Notes under the pieces: model-generated | Database searches by the model: none | Told to the model about the DNA's origin: nothing | What the model saw: only the letters and a program-made list of their open reading frames with translations | Position numbers and translations under genes: made by a program | Source: a virus | Lineage: Duplodnaviria > Caudoviricetes | Virus record (IMG/VR): IMGVR_UViG_3300044842_000203 | Location: 32,001-96,000 of that record | Length of the DNA stretch: 64,000 bases | Reading direction: 5' to 3' (one strand) | Shown here: positions 7,469 to 17,001 of the stretch, in pieces | Numbering within the stretch: position 1 is the first letter of the stretch | How the letters are laid out: every line of letters starts with the position of its first letter

Positions 7469-8833
7469 CTATGCCCCCACCAGCGCGGGCGCCGGAACCT
7501 CCGCCGGCATCACCGGCATCGCCACAATCAACCCCTCCGTCACTGACGCCACCGCCAGCGACGCGCCAGCCGGCAACACCACCGCACCCCCGGCCAAACC
7601 CACCACCGTGCCCGCCGGGATCGACACCGCCAACACCGCCGTCGACACCGCCGCAGACGATGCCAACGCCAGAGTGAGGGTGCGCGGCCACGAGATCCGC
7701 TGCCCCGGCGTCACCGGGGGCATCTCATCCAACGTGCGGTAAGCCACCACATCAGCGGGCACACGCACCGCCGGAACCGACGGGCCACCAATCACCGGGT
7801 CATCATTCGACGTCTCACCCACCGCCGGGGCCGCCAGCAGGGCTCGTGCCGCATCCGGTGTGCCCGAGTCCGCCAGCGTCGTCGCATGCTCGATACCGGC
7901 CAGCGGTTTCGCGAACAACAGCCCGCAGCGGCACCCGGCCACCTCGCCGATGCCCTCGGGGAGCACGGACGGATCACCGGGGAACCGCAGCCGGAACGCA
8001 CCCACTTGATACGGCTGGCCTATTGGCCGCTCCTGCCCGTCGGCGATGCGATGCGTCGGCCGCACCCGGTCATCCCGGCGGGAAATCCACTGCATGTGCG
8101 TCACACCCATGGCCTTCGCTGCCGCGAGCGCCGCATCCCCCGCCAGCGCGGTCGCCAGCGTCCGCCCGTACATCAGATTCCAGTTACCACCACGCCGCAC
8201 CGCCGCCAACACCTGGTCAATCACGTGGTCGAGGTCTTCGGCGGTGGAGTTGGCTTCCATGATGACGGCGCGCACCATCTGCGCCTGCCGGCGTGAGCAC
8301 GCGAGCATCTGCTGGACCGCGGAATCTACTGCCTGCTCGACAGTCGCCCAGTCGAACGCAGCCAGGCCCACATTGGGTCGCCCGAGGGACTGGGCGACAT
8401 GGGAAGCGGCGTCGGCGACGATGCGCAGTCCCACCGGCCGCACCGCGTCAGCGATCTCATCGACCGTCCTATCGGGGAGGATGTAGTCGCCGTCGAGGGC
8501 CTTGGTTTCAGTCCGGTTGTATGTCCTAACAGAGTCATCCACCCTCACCCCAGATACAGACTTCACCTGTTCGGACCAAAAGCGGGTGCCTTTGCGAGCC
8601 CGCGGGCCCCGCAACCGGGCCTCAACCACCCCGGCGAGGCGATCGTTATACGCCGACACCGCCGCATCCATCGCGGCCACCGCCCGGTCCACCCGCGCCG
8701 CCGCATCATCGGCCAGCGCATCCCGGATCGGTCCCTGCGGCGGATCGGGGGGCGCCTCGTGCACCATGACCTGCGTCAGCGGCAAATCCGCCAGGTCATC
8801 GGCGGTAAGCAAATCGCGCGCCGCGCTGCTCAC
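7469..8833 (-). CDS. Phage minor head protein (MuF/SPP1 gp7-like)
   Basis: WISRRDDRVRPTHRIADGQ...LRFPGDP...GCRC; directly downstream of the portal. Confidence 0.85.
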   Translation of the reverse strand: MSSAARDLLTADDLADLPLTQVMVHEAPPDPPQGPIRDALADDAAARVDRAVAAMDAAVSAYNDRLAGVVEARLRGPRARKGTRFWSEQVKSVSGVRVDDSVRTYNRTETKALDGDYILPDRTVDEIADAVRPVGLRIVADAASHVAQSLGRPNVGLAAFDWATVEQAVDSAVQQMLACSRRQAQMVRAVIMEANSTAEDLDHVIDQVLAAVRRGGNWNLMYGRTLATALAGDAALAAAKAMGVTHMQWISRRDDRVRPTHRIADGQERPIGQPYQVGAFRLRFPGDPSVLPEGIGEVAGCRCGLLFAKPLAGIEHATTLADSGTPDAARALLAAPAVGETSNDDPVIGGPSVPAVRVPADVVAYRTLDEMPPVTPGQRISWPRTLTLALASSAAVSTAVLAVSIPAGTVVGLAGGAVVLPAGASLAVASVTEGLIVAMPVMPAEVPAPALVGA

Positions 8834-10532
8834 CCTCCAATGCCTTCATCTGCGGGGCGGCGGTCAACGTCGCGCCTCCGGTGCGGTCGGCCTGCGCGAG
8901 CGCCCGCTGATTCGGTGGCCCCGCGCCCTCGTCACCCGCGTCGGCGCTACCCATCTGGTCGCCACCAGTGCCCCCGCCACCGTCCATCGCCGATGAGGGA
9001 TCGACCGGGCCGCCCATGAGATCCGCGGTCGGGTCGAATCCGGTGCCGAACCCTGGCGGCAGCTCCCCGCCACCGCCCGCCGATAGGGTCGCTGGCTGGC
9101 CACCCAGGGGGGCGCGGCCGGCGGCCTCAGCGTCACCGTCGTGCGCGGGCTTGTCATCACCCACCGCGAGCCGGCCGGCGGGGATCCACAGCACACGCGA
9201 GGCCGGTACATCCCAGGGGTCGAGGTCTTTGACCTCGCGTACCTCGTCGATGGTGATGATGCCGTTGTTGAAATCAGCAACCGCCCGGTCCTCGCGGGCC
9301 CGCTGGTAGCGGCCGAGCACCCACACGTCAGACACATCATGGGAGAGGTAGGTGTCGTCGTCGTAGCCGCCGGGAGTGAGCACATCGAGCTGCGCGTCGA
9401 GCATGTCGAACAGGGGCAGCAGGCCGTGTTCCCACGCTTTGGCGTAGTCGGCGTCGGCGTTGTCGAAAGTCTCCCCCGACGAGTCGGAGATCACCGACTC
9501 GGGTAGGCCGAAGGCGACGCAGATTTCCCGCTTGGTGCGGTCCATCGTGTCGCCCCACATCATGTCCCGCGGAGTGCCCGAGGTGTCGGTCCATGTCATG
9601 TCGTCGGCTTCGATGGCCAGTGTTTGGGCCGTGTTCTCCGGCGAGTTGAAGCGGCGCTCCAGTTGGTCGATGAACTGGTCCTCGATGGGGCCTTTGACGG
9701 CGAGCACGCCGCCGGGGCGGCCATCTTGCTGCATGAACCGCCGGTTGTAGAGGCGGGCGTAGCGGTCCAGGTCAGTGGACAGGCCGGCGGCCTCCATGGG
9801 GCTCATGCCGCGCTCGAACATGGTGGGGTGCGGTGAGCGGATCCACACGATGCCCGAGGGCTGATCATCGGGAGAGGCTTGCGGGTCGAAGGGGGGCCGG
9901 AAGTCGAAGAAGGGAGCGCCGTTGGCGGCTGCGGTGGTGACCCGGAATGACTCGATGGGGGTAATGACGCCCACCTCGGTGGGGTCGTCGGGGTTGCGCT
10001 TGCGCCGGCCGGGTACGGGGAGCACCCGGTCGGGGTCGAGTAGGTAGATGGAGTGGATGGAGCCGCGCCGGGAGCGCACAGCTTCGATGAATACTCCGCG
10101 GGAGGACAGTAGGTACTGGGCGATCAGGCGGTGGCGGAAGATTTTCGCGACTTCCCAGGCGTTGGCGCGCCGGTTGAGTCGGCGCAGTAGCACCTGTTGG
10201 TCTTTGTCGAGTTCGCCGGGTTTGAGGATGGGGCCTTCGCGGGAGTCCTCTTTGCGGAGCACGATGCGCCGGGCGCGCTCATTGCTCGCGATGAACTCCA
10301 CGCAGCGGAACACGTAGGGGTTGTAGGCGTAGCCCTCACGGACGGCGCGGTCGGTGTCCCAGTCGACGGTGTAGGGCTGGCCGGGCACGACGTAAGCGCG
10401 GGGGCCGGACACGATGCGGGAGTCCAGCGAGCCGCCTCCGGTGGTGTATCCGGAGAACATGCCGCGCAGCGCCGGGAACCAGGTTTTGCTGGTGGCGGCT
10501 GGGGTTGCAGTGGGGCCGCGTCTGCGGGCCAA
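8796..10532 (-). CDS. Phage portal protein (HK97-like)
   Basis: NPYVFRCVEFIA, RSPHP..RGMSPMEAA, YNRRFMQQDGRPGGVL, EICVAFGLPES, GIITIDEVRE. Confidence 0.92.
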   Translation of the reverse strand: MARRRGPTATPAATSKTWFPALRGMFSGYTTGGGSLDSRIVSGPRAYVVPGQPYTVDWDTDRAVREGYAYNPYVFRCVEFIASNERARRIVLRKEDSREGPILKPGELDKDQQVLLRRLNRRANAWEVAKIFRHRLIAQYLLSSRGVFIEAVRSRRGSIHSIYLLDPDRVLPVPGRRKRNPDDPTEVGVITPIESFRVTTAAANGAPFFDFRPPFDPQASPDDQPSGIVWIRSPHPTMFERGMSPMEAAGLSTDLDRYARLYNRRFMQQDGRPGGVLAVKGPIEDQFIDQLERRFNSPENTAQTLAIEADDMTWTDTSGTPRDMMWGDTMDRTKREICVAFGLPESVISDSSGETFDNADADYAKAWEHGLLPLFDMLDAQLDVLTPGGYDDDTYLSHDVSDVWVLGRYQRAREDRAVADFNNGIITIDEVREVKDLDPWDVPASRVLWIPAGRLAVGDDKPAHDGDAEAAGRAPLGGQPATLSAGGGGELPPGFGTGFDPTADLMGGPVDPSSAMDGGGGTGGDQMGSADAGDEGAGPPNQRALAQADRTGGATLTAAPQMKALEGEQRGARFAYRR

Positions 10533-10675
10533 TGCTCACCTCCCGTGATCGGCGGCGAGTCAATGTAGCCACGCGGTGGGGCGGTAAATAAACCGACGCG
10601 CCGGGCGGGGGCGCGGCGCGTCGGTTGGGGGGAGTGCATCAAGCACCGCTGTGGTGTGGCGGTACTGGAGGGATC

Positions 10676-11083
10676 TTAGCCGGGCTTGTGGTAGGCCAAA
10701 CCCCTAGATATTGCGGCGAGCGTCACGGCGGCGCCTAAACCTAGTGCGGGGGTGCCGATGAGGGCGTAAAGCGACCACACGGCGATGGCTAGGGCCGCAG
10801 CGGCGCAGACAATCGCCCCAATTTCGCGGGCGAGCGCCGTTCGATGCGCATCCCAGCGGGCAGCGGCGCCGGCTTTCGGTGCTGCTCGGTCAGGAGGTGG
10901 GCCACCATGGTCACCAGCTCCGGCCGCAGTGGTAAGCGGACCCGGCCGAAGGTTGTCGTCAGTTGGAGCAACCCGCATTTCGGTCCCCAGAGGTTGAATC
11001 GGTGCGCTCGATGGCGTGGCATAGCTAACTCGCAACCTTCCTGATCGTGTCCCCTCGATTGGAATGGCGCTGCCCCCAGACAC
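10676..11083 (-). CDS. Small membrane protein preceding the portal
   Basis: Two C-terminal hydrophobic helices; start uncertain. Confidence 0.45.
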   Translation of the reverse strand: MSGGSAIPIEGTRSGRLRVSYATPSSAPIQPLGTEMRVAPTDDNLRPGPLTTAAGAGDHGGPPPDRAAPKAGAAARWDAHRTALAREIGAIVCAAAALAIAVWSLYALIGTPALGLGAAVTLAAISRGLAYHKPG

Positions 11084-11119
11084 ACCTCACGCCCAACCGG
11101 GGTGGGTTGGGCGTGAGGT
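11084..11119. terminator. 15-bp perfect inverted repeat
   Basis: ACCTCACGCCCAACC-6 nt-GGTTGGGCGTGAGGT; separates small early-type genes from the head operon. Confidence 0.65.
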
Positions 11120-11211
11120 CAGTGTGAGCGCATCGGGTTAGCTAAGCACGGTTACACACGGCATGCTGCATGTGCACTCGCACTGTACTTGCGTTTCATC
11201 CAGTTGGCTTA

Positions 11212-11502
11212 CTAACTTTCACAGGCCGCAGCGGCCCGTTCACGGGCTGTTGCGCGCTGTTGGCGGCGAGCTGTAGTGATGCCCCCGAGGTACTTCTCGG
11301 CAGCGCGCAGATCTTCGAGGGCGTAGCTGATGCGCTCCACGGCGCGCCGGGAACTGTCCGCCAGGACCGCAGGCAGGTGGTCGGTGGCGCCGTCCATCTG
11401 AGCCGCCATCTCCTCCAGCTGGGCGAGGATGCGCAACAGAGCGGTCTGCTGAGTCTCGGCGCGATTGTGGGCGTGCTGTTCGTCGATGCAGTCAACGGCC
11501 AT
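11212..11502 (-). CDS. Hypothetical helical protein
   Basis: ORF in a leftward operon; coiled-coil-like composition. Confidence 0.5.
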   Translation of the reverse strand: MAVDCIDEQHAHNRAETQQTALLRILAQLEEMAAQMDGATDHLPAVLADSSRRAVERISYALEDLRAAEKYLGGITTARRQQRATARERAAAACES

Positions 11503-11687
11503 CGCTGATCACACTCTCTGCGATTAGTGACATATAAGTCCCTCCTGATCTTCGAGGATGGCCGCGCGCCGGGCCTGAAGTTCGCGACGGGCGGCGTCGA
11601 TTTGGGCTTCGAGACGTTCGAGGTGCAGCAGTTGAGCCCGGATGGAGGCCAGCTCCGGGGACTCAACTGCTGCGGGTCGTGCCCGTG

Positions 11688-11957
11688 TCATCGGGAGACC
11701 ACGACCAGTGCGGGATTGCACGGGGTGAGGTTGACCTTCGGGCGGCCGTAGAACTCGCACAGCTCGAACGCCTCAGCGTCGGAGTGGGCGTTGCCGCAGG
11801 TGGGGCAGAAGTGGTCGCGGCATACGGGGTCGCCGTCGTCGGTGAGTCCGCTGTAGCCATCAGCGGCGATCTTCGGTAGGCCGCCGTTGCGGCTGATGAC
11901 GACGGGCACGACGGCGCTACAGGGGCGGATGCAGCACTGCTCAAGGGTGAAAGCCAT
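11688..11957 (-). CDS. Hypothetical Cys-rich protein
   Basis: Motif promoter plus GAGGAG RBS; CRDH and CPTC. Confidence 0.6.
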   Translation of the reverse strand: MAFTLEQCCIRPCSAVVPVVISRNGGLPKIAADGYSGLTDDGDPVCRDHFCPTCGNAHSDAEAFELCEFYGRPKVNLTPCNPALVVVSR

Positions 11958-11979
11958 GATGACTCCTCAAGAGAACTTG

Positions 11980-12002
11980 CCGGAACATGTGCAAGCATAC
12001 CA
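11980..12002 (-). promoter_or_regulatory. GTTCCGG-motif promoter
   Basis: TGG-TATGCT-N7-GTTCCGG. Confidence 0.75.
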
Positions 12003-12024
12003 CGGACCCCGTTGGGGGCAAGGG

Positions 12025-12438
12025 TCAGCGGCCACCCCCGATCGCGCGCCGTGCCGGCGTGGGCGCGGAGACACTACGCCGGGCCGGGATCTCGACGTCC
12101 AGGCCCGCTGTGCGCAGCACGCGGCGCGGGCCGATCTGCTCGTACACCTCGTCTGGCAGCGCGTCGAGGATGCGTTGCGTGGTGTGCTCGGCGTCGCGGC
12201 GCCGACCATCGGCACGCAGGTAGGCGACCAGCGCCACCACGAGACCAACCACGAGACCAACAATGATCACTGCGATCAGCACCATCATGCCGCTGTTATC
12301 CGACTGGTTATTGATCACAGGTACTACGACGGGCGCTTGTGAAGCGGGTGCCTGCCCACCGTCGAACAGGCACCCGGCCACCAGCAACCCTAAGCTCCCC
12401 AAACCGCAGAGCATTAAGAGTCGCTGAAACATCACCAT
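12025..12438 (-). CDS. Putative lipoprotein/membrane protein
   Basis: Signal-like N-terminus ending LVAGC, a second TM helix, GGAGGGAG RBS. Confidence 0.55.
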   Translation of the reverse strand: MVMFQRLLMLCGLGSLGLLVAGCLFDGGQAPASQAPVVVPVINNQSDNSGMMVLIAVIIVGLVVGLVVALVAYLRADGRRRDAEHTTQRILDALPDEVYEQIGPRRVLRTAGLDVEIPARRSVSAPTPARRAIGGGR

Positions 12439-12450
12439 CTCCCTCCCGAT

Positions 12451-12645
12451 TTAGCCGAAGGCGCCCGATCGCGCCCCGGTCGTGAACGCTGCCCACTGCG
12501 CCGAGCTGATCATCAGCATCGGGCCGTGTGGGTCTTTGCTGTCACGCACTGCCCGACCGTTGGACAGTGCTGCGACCTCGACACAATCCGGCGAGTCTCC
12601 GCCGCTGTAGGACGACTTGATCCACACCGGCCTTGAACCGTTCAC
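12451..12645 (-). CDS. DUF397 (BldB-like) protein
   Basis: WIKSSYS...CVEVA...AVRDSKDP.GP.L....W.AF. Confidence 0.93.
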   Translation of the reverse strand: MNGSRPVWIKSSYSGGDSPDCVEVAALSNGRAVRDSKDPHGPMLMISSAQWAAFTTGARSGAFG

Positions 12646-13487
12646 AGTGTTCTCCTCTGAATAAATTCCTCAATGAATGCGGAAGTGGCCGCAGGATCAA
12701 GAGACTGGGCCGCAAGGTATTCGTACTTCTTGCACAAATCGTTCACGGCAGGCTCATCCTCGACAAAAGTGCCACCCCCGGCATGATCGTAATAACCGAC
12801 GGGGCCCATCATCACCGCCGAGAAGGCCATCACGGTGAACGAGGCATCCATGCTGCGATGCGCACCCGCAGCGAACGGCAGTACCCGCAACTCCACACTC
12901 GGCAGCTGCGATGCCTTGAGCAGCGCCCACAGTTGCTCCGTGCCGGCCAGCCCCATGTGCCCGGTGATATGCAGCACGGCTTCGGACATGACCGCGGACA
13001 AGCGCAGGTCGCCGGACTCCAGACGCTGTTTGCGCTCCATGCGGGCGACGATGTGCCGGTCAGCCTCGCGTGAGCCGAGCCCGTGAACACGGGTCAGTTC
13101 ACGGGCATAGTTCTCGCTCTGGAGCAAGCCAGGCACCAGCTCCAGGGAGAATCGGTACAGGTCAGTGGCCTCGTTTTCGAGGTTGAGGTAGAGCTTGAGC
13201 CAGCTGGGCAGTCGCCGGTAGGCGAGCGGGCTGCGCTCGTGTGCCTGTTGGCAGAGTTCCCACAATTCATCGAACCGATCAGGGCAGCCGTAGAGGTCGA
13301 GTAGGGCGCGCAGATCGTGCTCGGAGGGCACGTTGCGGCGCCGTTCGAAGTGCCCGATTTTCTCGATGGAGCAGCGAAGGTGCTCGGCAGCCCGGCGTCG
13401 GGTGATACCAGCGGATTCGCGAGCGTCTTTTAGCTCCTCCGCGAGCTGATATTGCCGCAAGGTTGGTCCTGTTCTCGTCACGGCCAT
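12642..13487 (-). CDS. XRE-HTH / DUF5753 (WhiJ/Scr1-like) regulator
   Basis: LAEELKDARESAGIT HTH, VPGLLQSENYA, RMERKQRL, SEAVL, SVELRVLPF; GAGGTG RBS before ATG 13487. Confidence 0.9.
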   Translation of the reverse strand: MAVTRTGPTLRQYQLAEELKDARESAGITRRRAAEHLRCSIEKIGHFERRRNVPSEHDLRALLDLYGCPDRFDELWELCQQAHERSPLAYRRLPSWLKLYLNLENEATDLYRFSLELVPGLLQSENYARELTRVHGLGSREADRHIVARMERKQRLESGDLRLSAVMSEAVLHITGHMGLAGTEQLWALLKASQLPSVELRVLPFAAGAHRSMDASFTVMAFSAVMMGPVGYYDHAGGGTFVEDEPAVNDLCKKYEYLAAQSLDPAATSAFIEEFIQRRTL

Positions 13488-13612
13488 CACCTCTTGATCA
13501 TTCTGCTGGGCTGTAGTAGGGCCTACTGTAAAGTTGTGAAGTTCAGTAAGCTTACTAGGATGCGTCGCCGATCGGGGCTGTCGACGCTGACCCCCGGTCG
13601 GTGGCGCCTCCA

Positions 13613-14365
13613 TCACCCCCCCAGGGCCTCCAGGTCTTGGACGTAGGTGAGGCACACGTGGTCAGCGGCAACAACGAGATGAGTCATCACCACAACCCGA
13701 CCCTGCGCATCACGCGCAGTGCGTTGGGTATCGAGCACCGGAGATCCCAGCGGCAGCCCCAGATCCTTGCGCTCGGCCTCAGTGGGCATCCGAGCGGAAA
13801 CCACCTCGGTGACTTTGGACGGGCGATGCCCAGCGGCGATCAAGCCACCGTAGATGCCGCTGACCACCTTCGCGGGCGCGGCCAACGGCGTGCCCTCCGC
13901 GACCCACATGGGCAGCCACGTGTCCTGCACCTGGCGGGTCTGACCTTCGATTTGCATCTGGTTGGCGCGACGCACCACCGGATCCCCCACGCTGATCTCC
14001 AGGGCGTTCGCTATCCGCGGGTTCGCTTCGAGGTAGCTGACGCCAGTGACGACGGTGTTGCCTTCCAATCCCTGCTCAGCGCAGGCCGTCTCCCAGGGGC
14101 CCGCCTTCGCAGTGGAGTTGATGAAGCGGTGCGCCGGCAGTTGGATCATGTGCCGTTGACGCACCCTCGTGCCGTGCCCCGAGATGGGGTCGACCAGCCC
14201 CTCCGCTTGGAGGTGGCGGATGGCCTTGCGGACAGTGCCGATGTTGACGCCGAAACGGTCCGCAAGTTCTTTTTGCCAGGGCAGGTAAGTACCTGGCGGG
14301 TAGTCACCGCGGGCGATCTCCGACCGAAGTTGCCCCGCGATGCCCAGATATCCGAGCTGAGTCAT
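13613..14365 (-). CDS. GntR/HutC-family repressor with UTRA domain (KorSA/TraR-like)
   Basis: IAGQLRSEIARGDYPPGTYLP..ELADRFGV...VRKAI..L..EGLV...GHGTRV, then a UTRA-like C-terminus; divergent from the transfer operon. Confidence 0.9.
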   Translation of the reverse strand: MTQLGYLGIAGQLRSEIARGDYPPGTYLPWQKELADRFGVNIGTVRKAIRHLQAEGLVDPISGHGTRVRQRHMIQLPAHRFINSTAKAGPWETACAEQGLEGNTVVTGVSYLEANPRIANALEISVGDPVVRRANQMQIEGQTRQVQDTWLPMWVAEGTPLAAPAKVVSGIYGGLIAAGHRPSKVTEVVSARMPTEAERKDLGLPLGSPVLDTQRTARDAQGRVVVMTHLVVAADHVCLTYVQDLEALGG

Positions 14366-14391
14366 CGCATCCCCGATTCCATGATTTTCCT

Positions 14392-14411
14392 CCGTAGGTG
14401 TACGCCTACGG
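14392..14411. promoter_or_regulatory. Palindromic operator 1 (probable GntR site)
   Basis: CCGTAGGTGTACGCCTACGG. Confidence 0.7.
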
Positions 14412-14445
14412 CTGAGACTTTAGCAGTATGCTGCTACGATCCCAG

Positions 14446-14465
14446 CCGTAGATGTACACCTACGG
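14446..14465. promoter_or_regulatory. Palindromic operator 2 (probable GntR site)
   Basis: CCGTAGATGTACACCTACGG, 18/20 identical to operator 1. Confidence 0.7.
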
Positions 14466-14484
14466 CATGCGGGGGGGAGGTTGC

Positions 14485-15501
14485 GTGACAACCACCACTG
14501 ATCACAGCGGCAGAGCAGTACCACTACTAACCGTCAGCGAGCACGTGCACACTGGCACTACCGCCACGACTGGCGCAGTCCGCTACCTCGACGGCTGGAC
14601 CAACGGCTTCATGGCCATCGTGGCCGCACCACTTCTGCTCTGGGGCGCAGCGAGCACCTTCCAGCTCACCAACGCGTGCTTCCACAACCCGTGGATCTCC
14701 TGGATCCCCGCCGCATCCACCTCCGGCGTGATCCTCGTGACCAGCCGCCTCCGCGAACGCACCGGACTCGACGCGCACATCAAGCGCCTCGCCAGCTACC
14801 TCATCGCCGTCGCGATGACCATCGAAATCTCCGTGTCCGGCATCCAGCACGTGCTCCCCAGCACGCTTAACCCCCCAGCGTTGGTGCTGTTCTTCATGGG
14901 CTGCGTGCCCACCGGCATGGGCGGCTTCACCTACAAGTTGTGGCGCATGGCCGCCGCCGCCGAGCGGGAAGCCAGCGCAGCCGCCGAACAAGCTCGCATC
15001 GAAGCCAGCGAACAGGCGCAAGCCGCCATCGTGGCCGCACAAGCCCAGGCCCAGGCCGAACAGGCGCGTCTCGCAGCGGAGCGGGAAAAAGTCGCCCTCT
15101 GGGAAGACGCCCAGGCCCGCCAGCGCAGCGCCAACCTCGACGCAGAACGCCAACGCGCGCAGCTCGCGCAGCAGATCGCCGAAGCTGAGCAGGTCGCCGC
15201 TGAGGCGCGCGCGCGGGTGAGCGCAGCACTGGATAGCGCCCCGGAAGCCCCGAAAACGACTAAGGCCAACCCGAAGAAACCTCTGCGCGCCGTCGCCACT
15301 GACGCGCTCGGTCGGGTTGCCAAACCATCCCCGAAGCGCGACGCCGCGCTGCGCTACCTGATCGAGCAGGCCAAAGCGGGCCGGCTCGACGAGGTGACCG
15401 CGGCCGAGGTTGACAAGCACATCGAGGCGAACTCCTACGCCCGCCGGTACCTGGCGGAGTGGAAACGAGACGTACTGGCACACCTGCGGGAGGTGGCCTG
15501 A
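14485..15501 (+). CDS. Spd-like membrane plus coiled-coil transfer/spread protein
   Basis: About 4 TM helices, an Ala/Glu/Gln coiled coil and a small C-terminal helical domain; first gene of the traB operon; GGAGG RBS before GTG 14485. Confidence 0.55.
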   Translation: MTTTTDHSGRAVPLLTVSEHVHTGTTATTGAVRYLDGWTNGFMAIVAAPLLLWGAASTFQLTNACFHNPWISWIPAASTSGVILVTSRLRERTGLDAHIKRLASYLIAVAMTIEISVSGIQHVLPSTLNPPALVLFFMGCVPTGMGGFTYKLWRMAAAAEREASAAAEQARIEASEQAQAAIVAAQAQAQAEQARLAAEREKVALWEDAQARQRSANLDAERQRAQLAQQIAEAEQVAAEARARVSAALDSAPEAPKTTKANPKKPLRAVATDALGRVAKPSPKRDAALRYLIEQAKAGRLDEVTAAEVDKHIEANSYARRYLAEWKRDVLAHLREVA

Positions 15502-16965
15502 TTGGCAACCCAGACTCAAGTTCGTAAGACGAAACCGCGCAACCGCAGCCAGCGGGTCGGCAAGACGGCCACCATCCGCCACACCACCACACCAAAGAAG
15601 CCCAAGACATTCAAACAGTGGGCGGGGCAGCGCGGATCGAAGTGGATGGGCCGGCATTGGTCGACTCGCGCGGTGCGCGGCCTGTACCGCTTTGGTCGGC
15701 GCGAAGCTGACGGTATCCGGCGTCGCCGCGCGGACACTAAAGCGAACCGGCCGCACAGCATGCCGTCGCGGCGAGCGATGCTCGCGCGGAAGATGGCCCG
15801 CGCTCGGGCGAAGGCGCGCACCGGGTTCCGCAAGATCGCGCTAGCTGATCAGCACACTCATTGCCTCGGATGCGGGCAGAACTTCCGCAACATTCGCGGC
15901 TACAACGAGCACGCGTGCGCGCAGAACCACGGGACCAAAGCGAAGGCACCGGTGCCGAAGGTGCAGTCACCGACCGCGCCAGCTGCCCCCAAACCGGCAG
16001 CGAAACCCAAGGTGAAGGCGTCTAAACCGGCGTCGAACGGGGGCACAGCTGCCGCTGCTGCGGGTGGTGCTGCGCTCGGGGCAGCCATGGCGGCCGCCGC
16101 GAAAGGGAAGATCGACCACTCGAATCATCCTGCACAGCCAGCCGCGCCGGCCGCTGAGGAGAAGCCCCCCATGGGGCCGATGGCCGCGAAGGCACACGCG
16201 CGGGCTCGCGGGCGCCAGTGGCGGCAAGAGAACAAGGCGCGGCGCAAGCAGGACATGAAGTGGCACGAGCGGGCGCGGGACCGCGCTGGGCGGGAGGCCG
16301 GCGCCGCGGTTGGCCGCAACGCCAAGTGCGTGCAGTGCGGTTGGAAGATCCGCCCAGGTGAGCAGCACGACTGCCAGGGCCGCCGATCCAACGCCAAGAC
16401 GGGCCCCGATCCGGCCGCCGGGGCGCAGTCACCGCCGGCCGCGCCCGCCAAAGCACCAGCACCAGCCAAGACGCCGGCACCAGCACCCAGCAAACCAGTA
16501 GCAGTACCCAAACCCGCCAACGGTGGCGGAGCGACAGGAAAGGGGGCGGCGATGACCGCACCGGCAACAACCAATGGCAGTGCCCCAACCCCATCAGGCA
16601 ACAGCAGTGGCGGCCCGGGGCCGGGCCTCGCGGCGGCGCTCGTGCAGGCGTGGGGCGCGTGGTGTCAGGACATTCCCGAGTTCCACGACGACATGATCGT
16701 GAAAATGAATGCGACTCGGGAAGCCATGGGGCAAATCGCCACCATGCTCCAGGACCACGCCGCGCAGTTGGTGGCCGCGGAGTTCCATCCCGAGTGCGTC
16801 ACTCCACTGCTGTCCGCATCCGCCCAAACGTTGGAAACCGCGAACCATTTCACCAACGTGCTCATGGCCATCGAGCGGGTTTACGGACCACTGCTAAACC
16901 ACTACCGCTCCGGCATTCCTGACCCTGGTGAGAAGTACCTGTCCAGCGGTCGCAAAGGAAGTTGA
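15502..16965 (+). CDS. Basic/Pro-Ala-rich transfer-associated protein with two Zn-finger-like motifs
   Basis: CLGC...HAC and CVQC...HDC; helical C-terminal domain with a possible second start at ATG 16552; immediately upstream of traB. Confidence 0.55.
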   Translation: MATQTQVRKTKPRNRSQRVGKTATIRHTTTPKKPKTFKQWAGQRGSKWMGRHWSTRAVRGLYRFGRREADGIRRRRADTKANRPHSMPSRRAMLARKMARARAKARTGFRKIALADQHTHCLGCGQNFRNIRGYNEHACAQNHGTKAKAPVPKVQSPTAPAAPKPAAKPKVKASKPASNGGTAAAAAGGAALGAAMAAAAKGKIDHSNHPAQPAAPAAEEKPPMGPMAAKAHARARGRQWRQENKARRKQDMKWHERARDRAGREAGAAVGRNAKCVQCGWKIRPGEQHDCQGRRSNAKTGPDPAAGAQSPPAAPAKAPAPAKTPAPAPSKPVAVPKPANGGGATGKGAAMTAPATTNGSAPTPSGNSSGGPGPGLAAALVQAWGAWCQDIPEFHDDMIVKMNATREAMGQIATMLQDHAAQLVAAEFHPECVTPLLSASAQTLETANHFTNVLMAIERVYGPLLNHYRSGIPDPGEKYLSSGRKGS

Positions 16966-17001
16966 CGATAAACAGAGTCGGGGGAGAAGGGACTCATCAA
17001 T

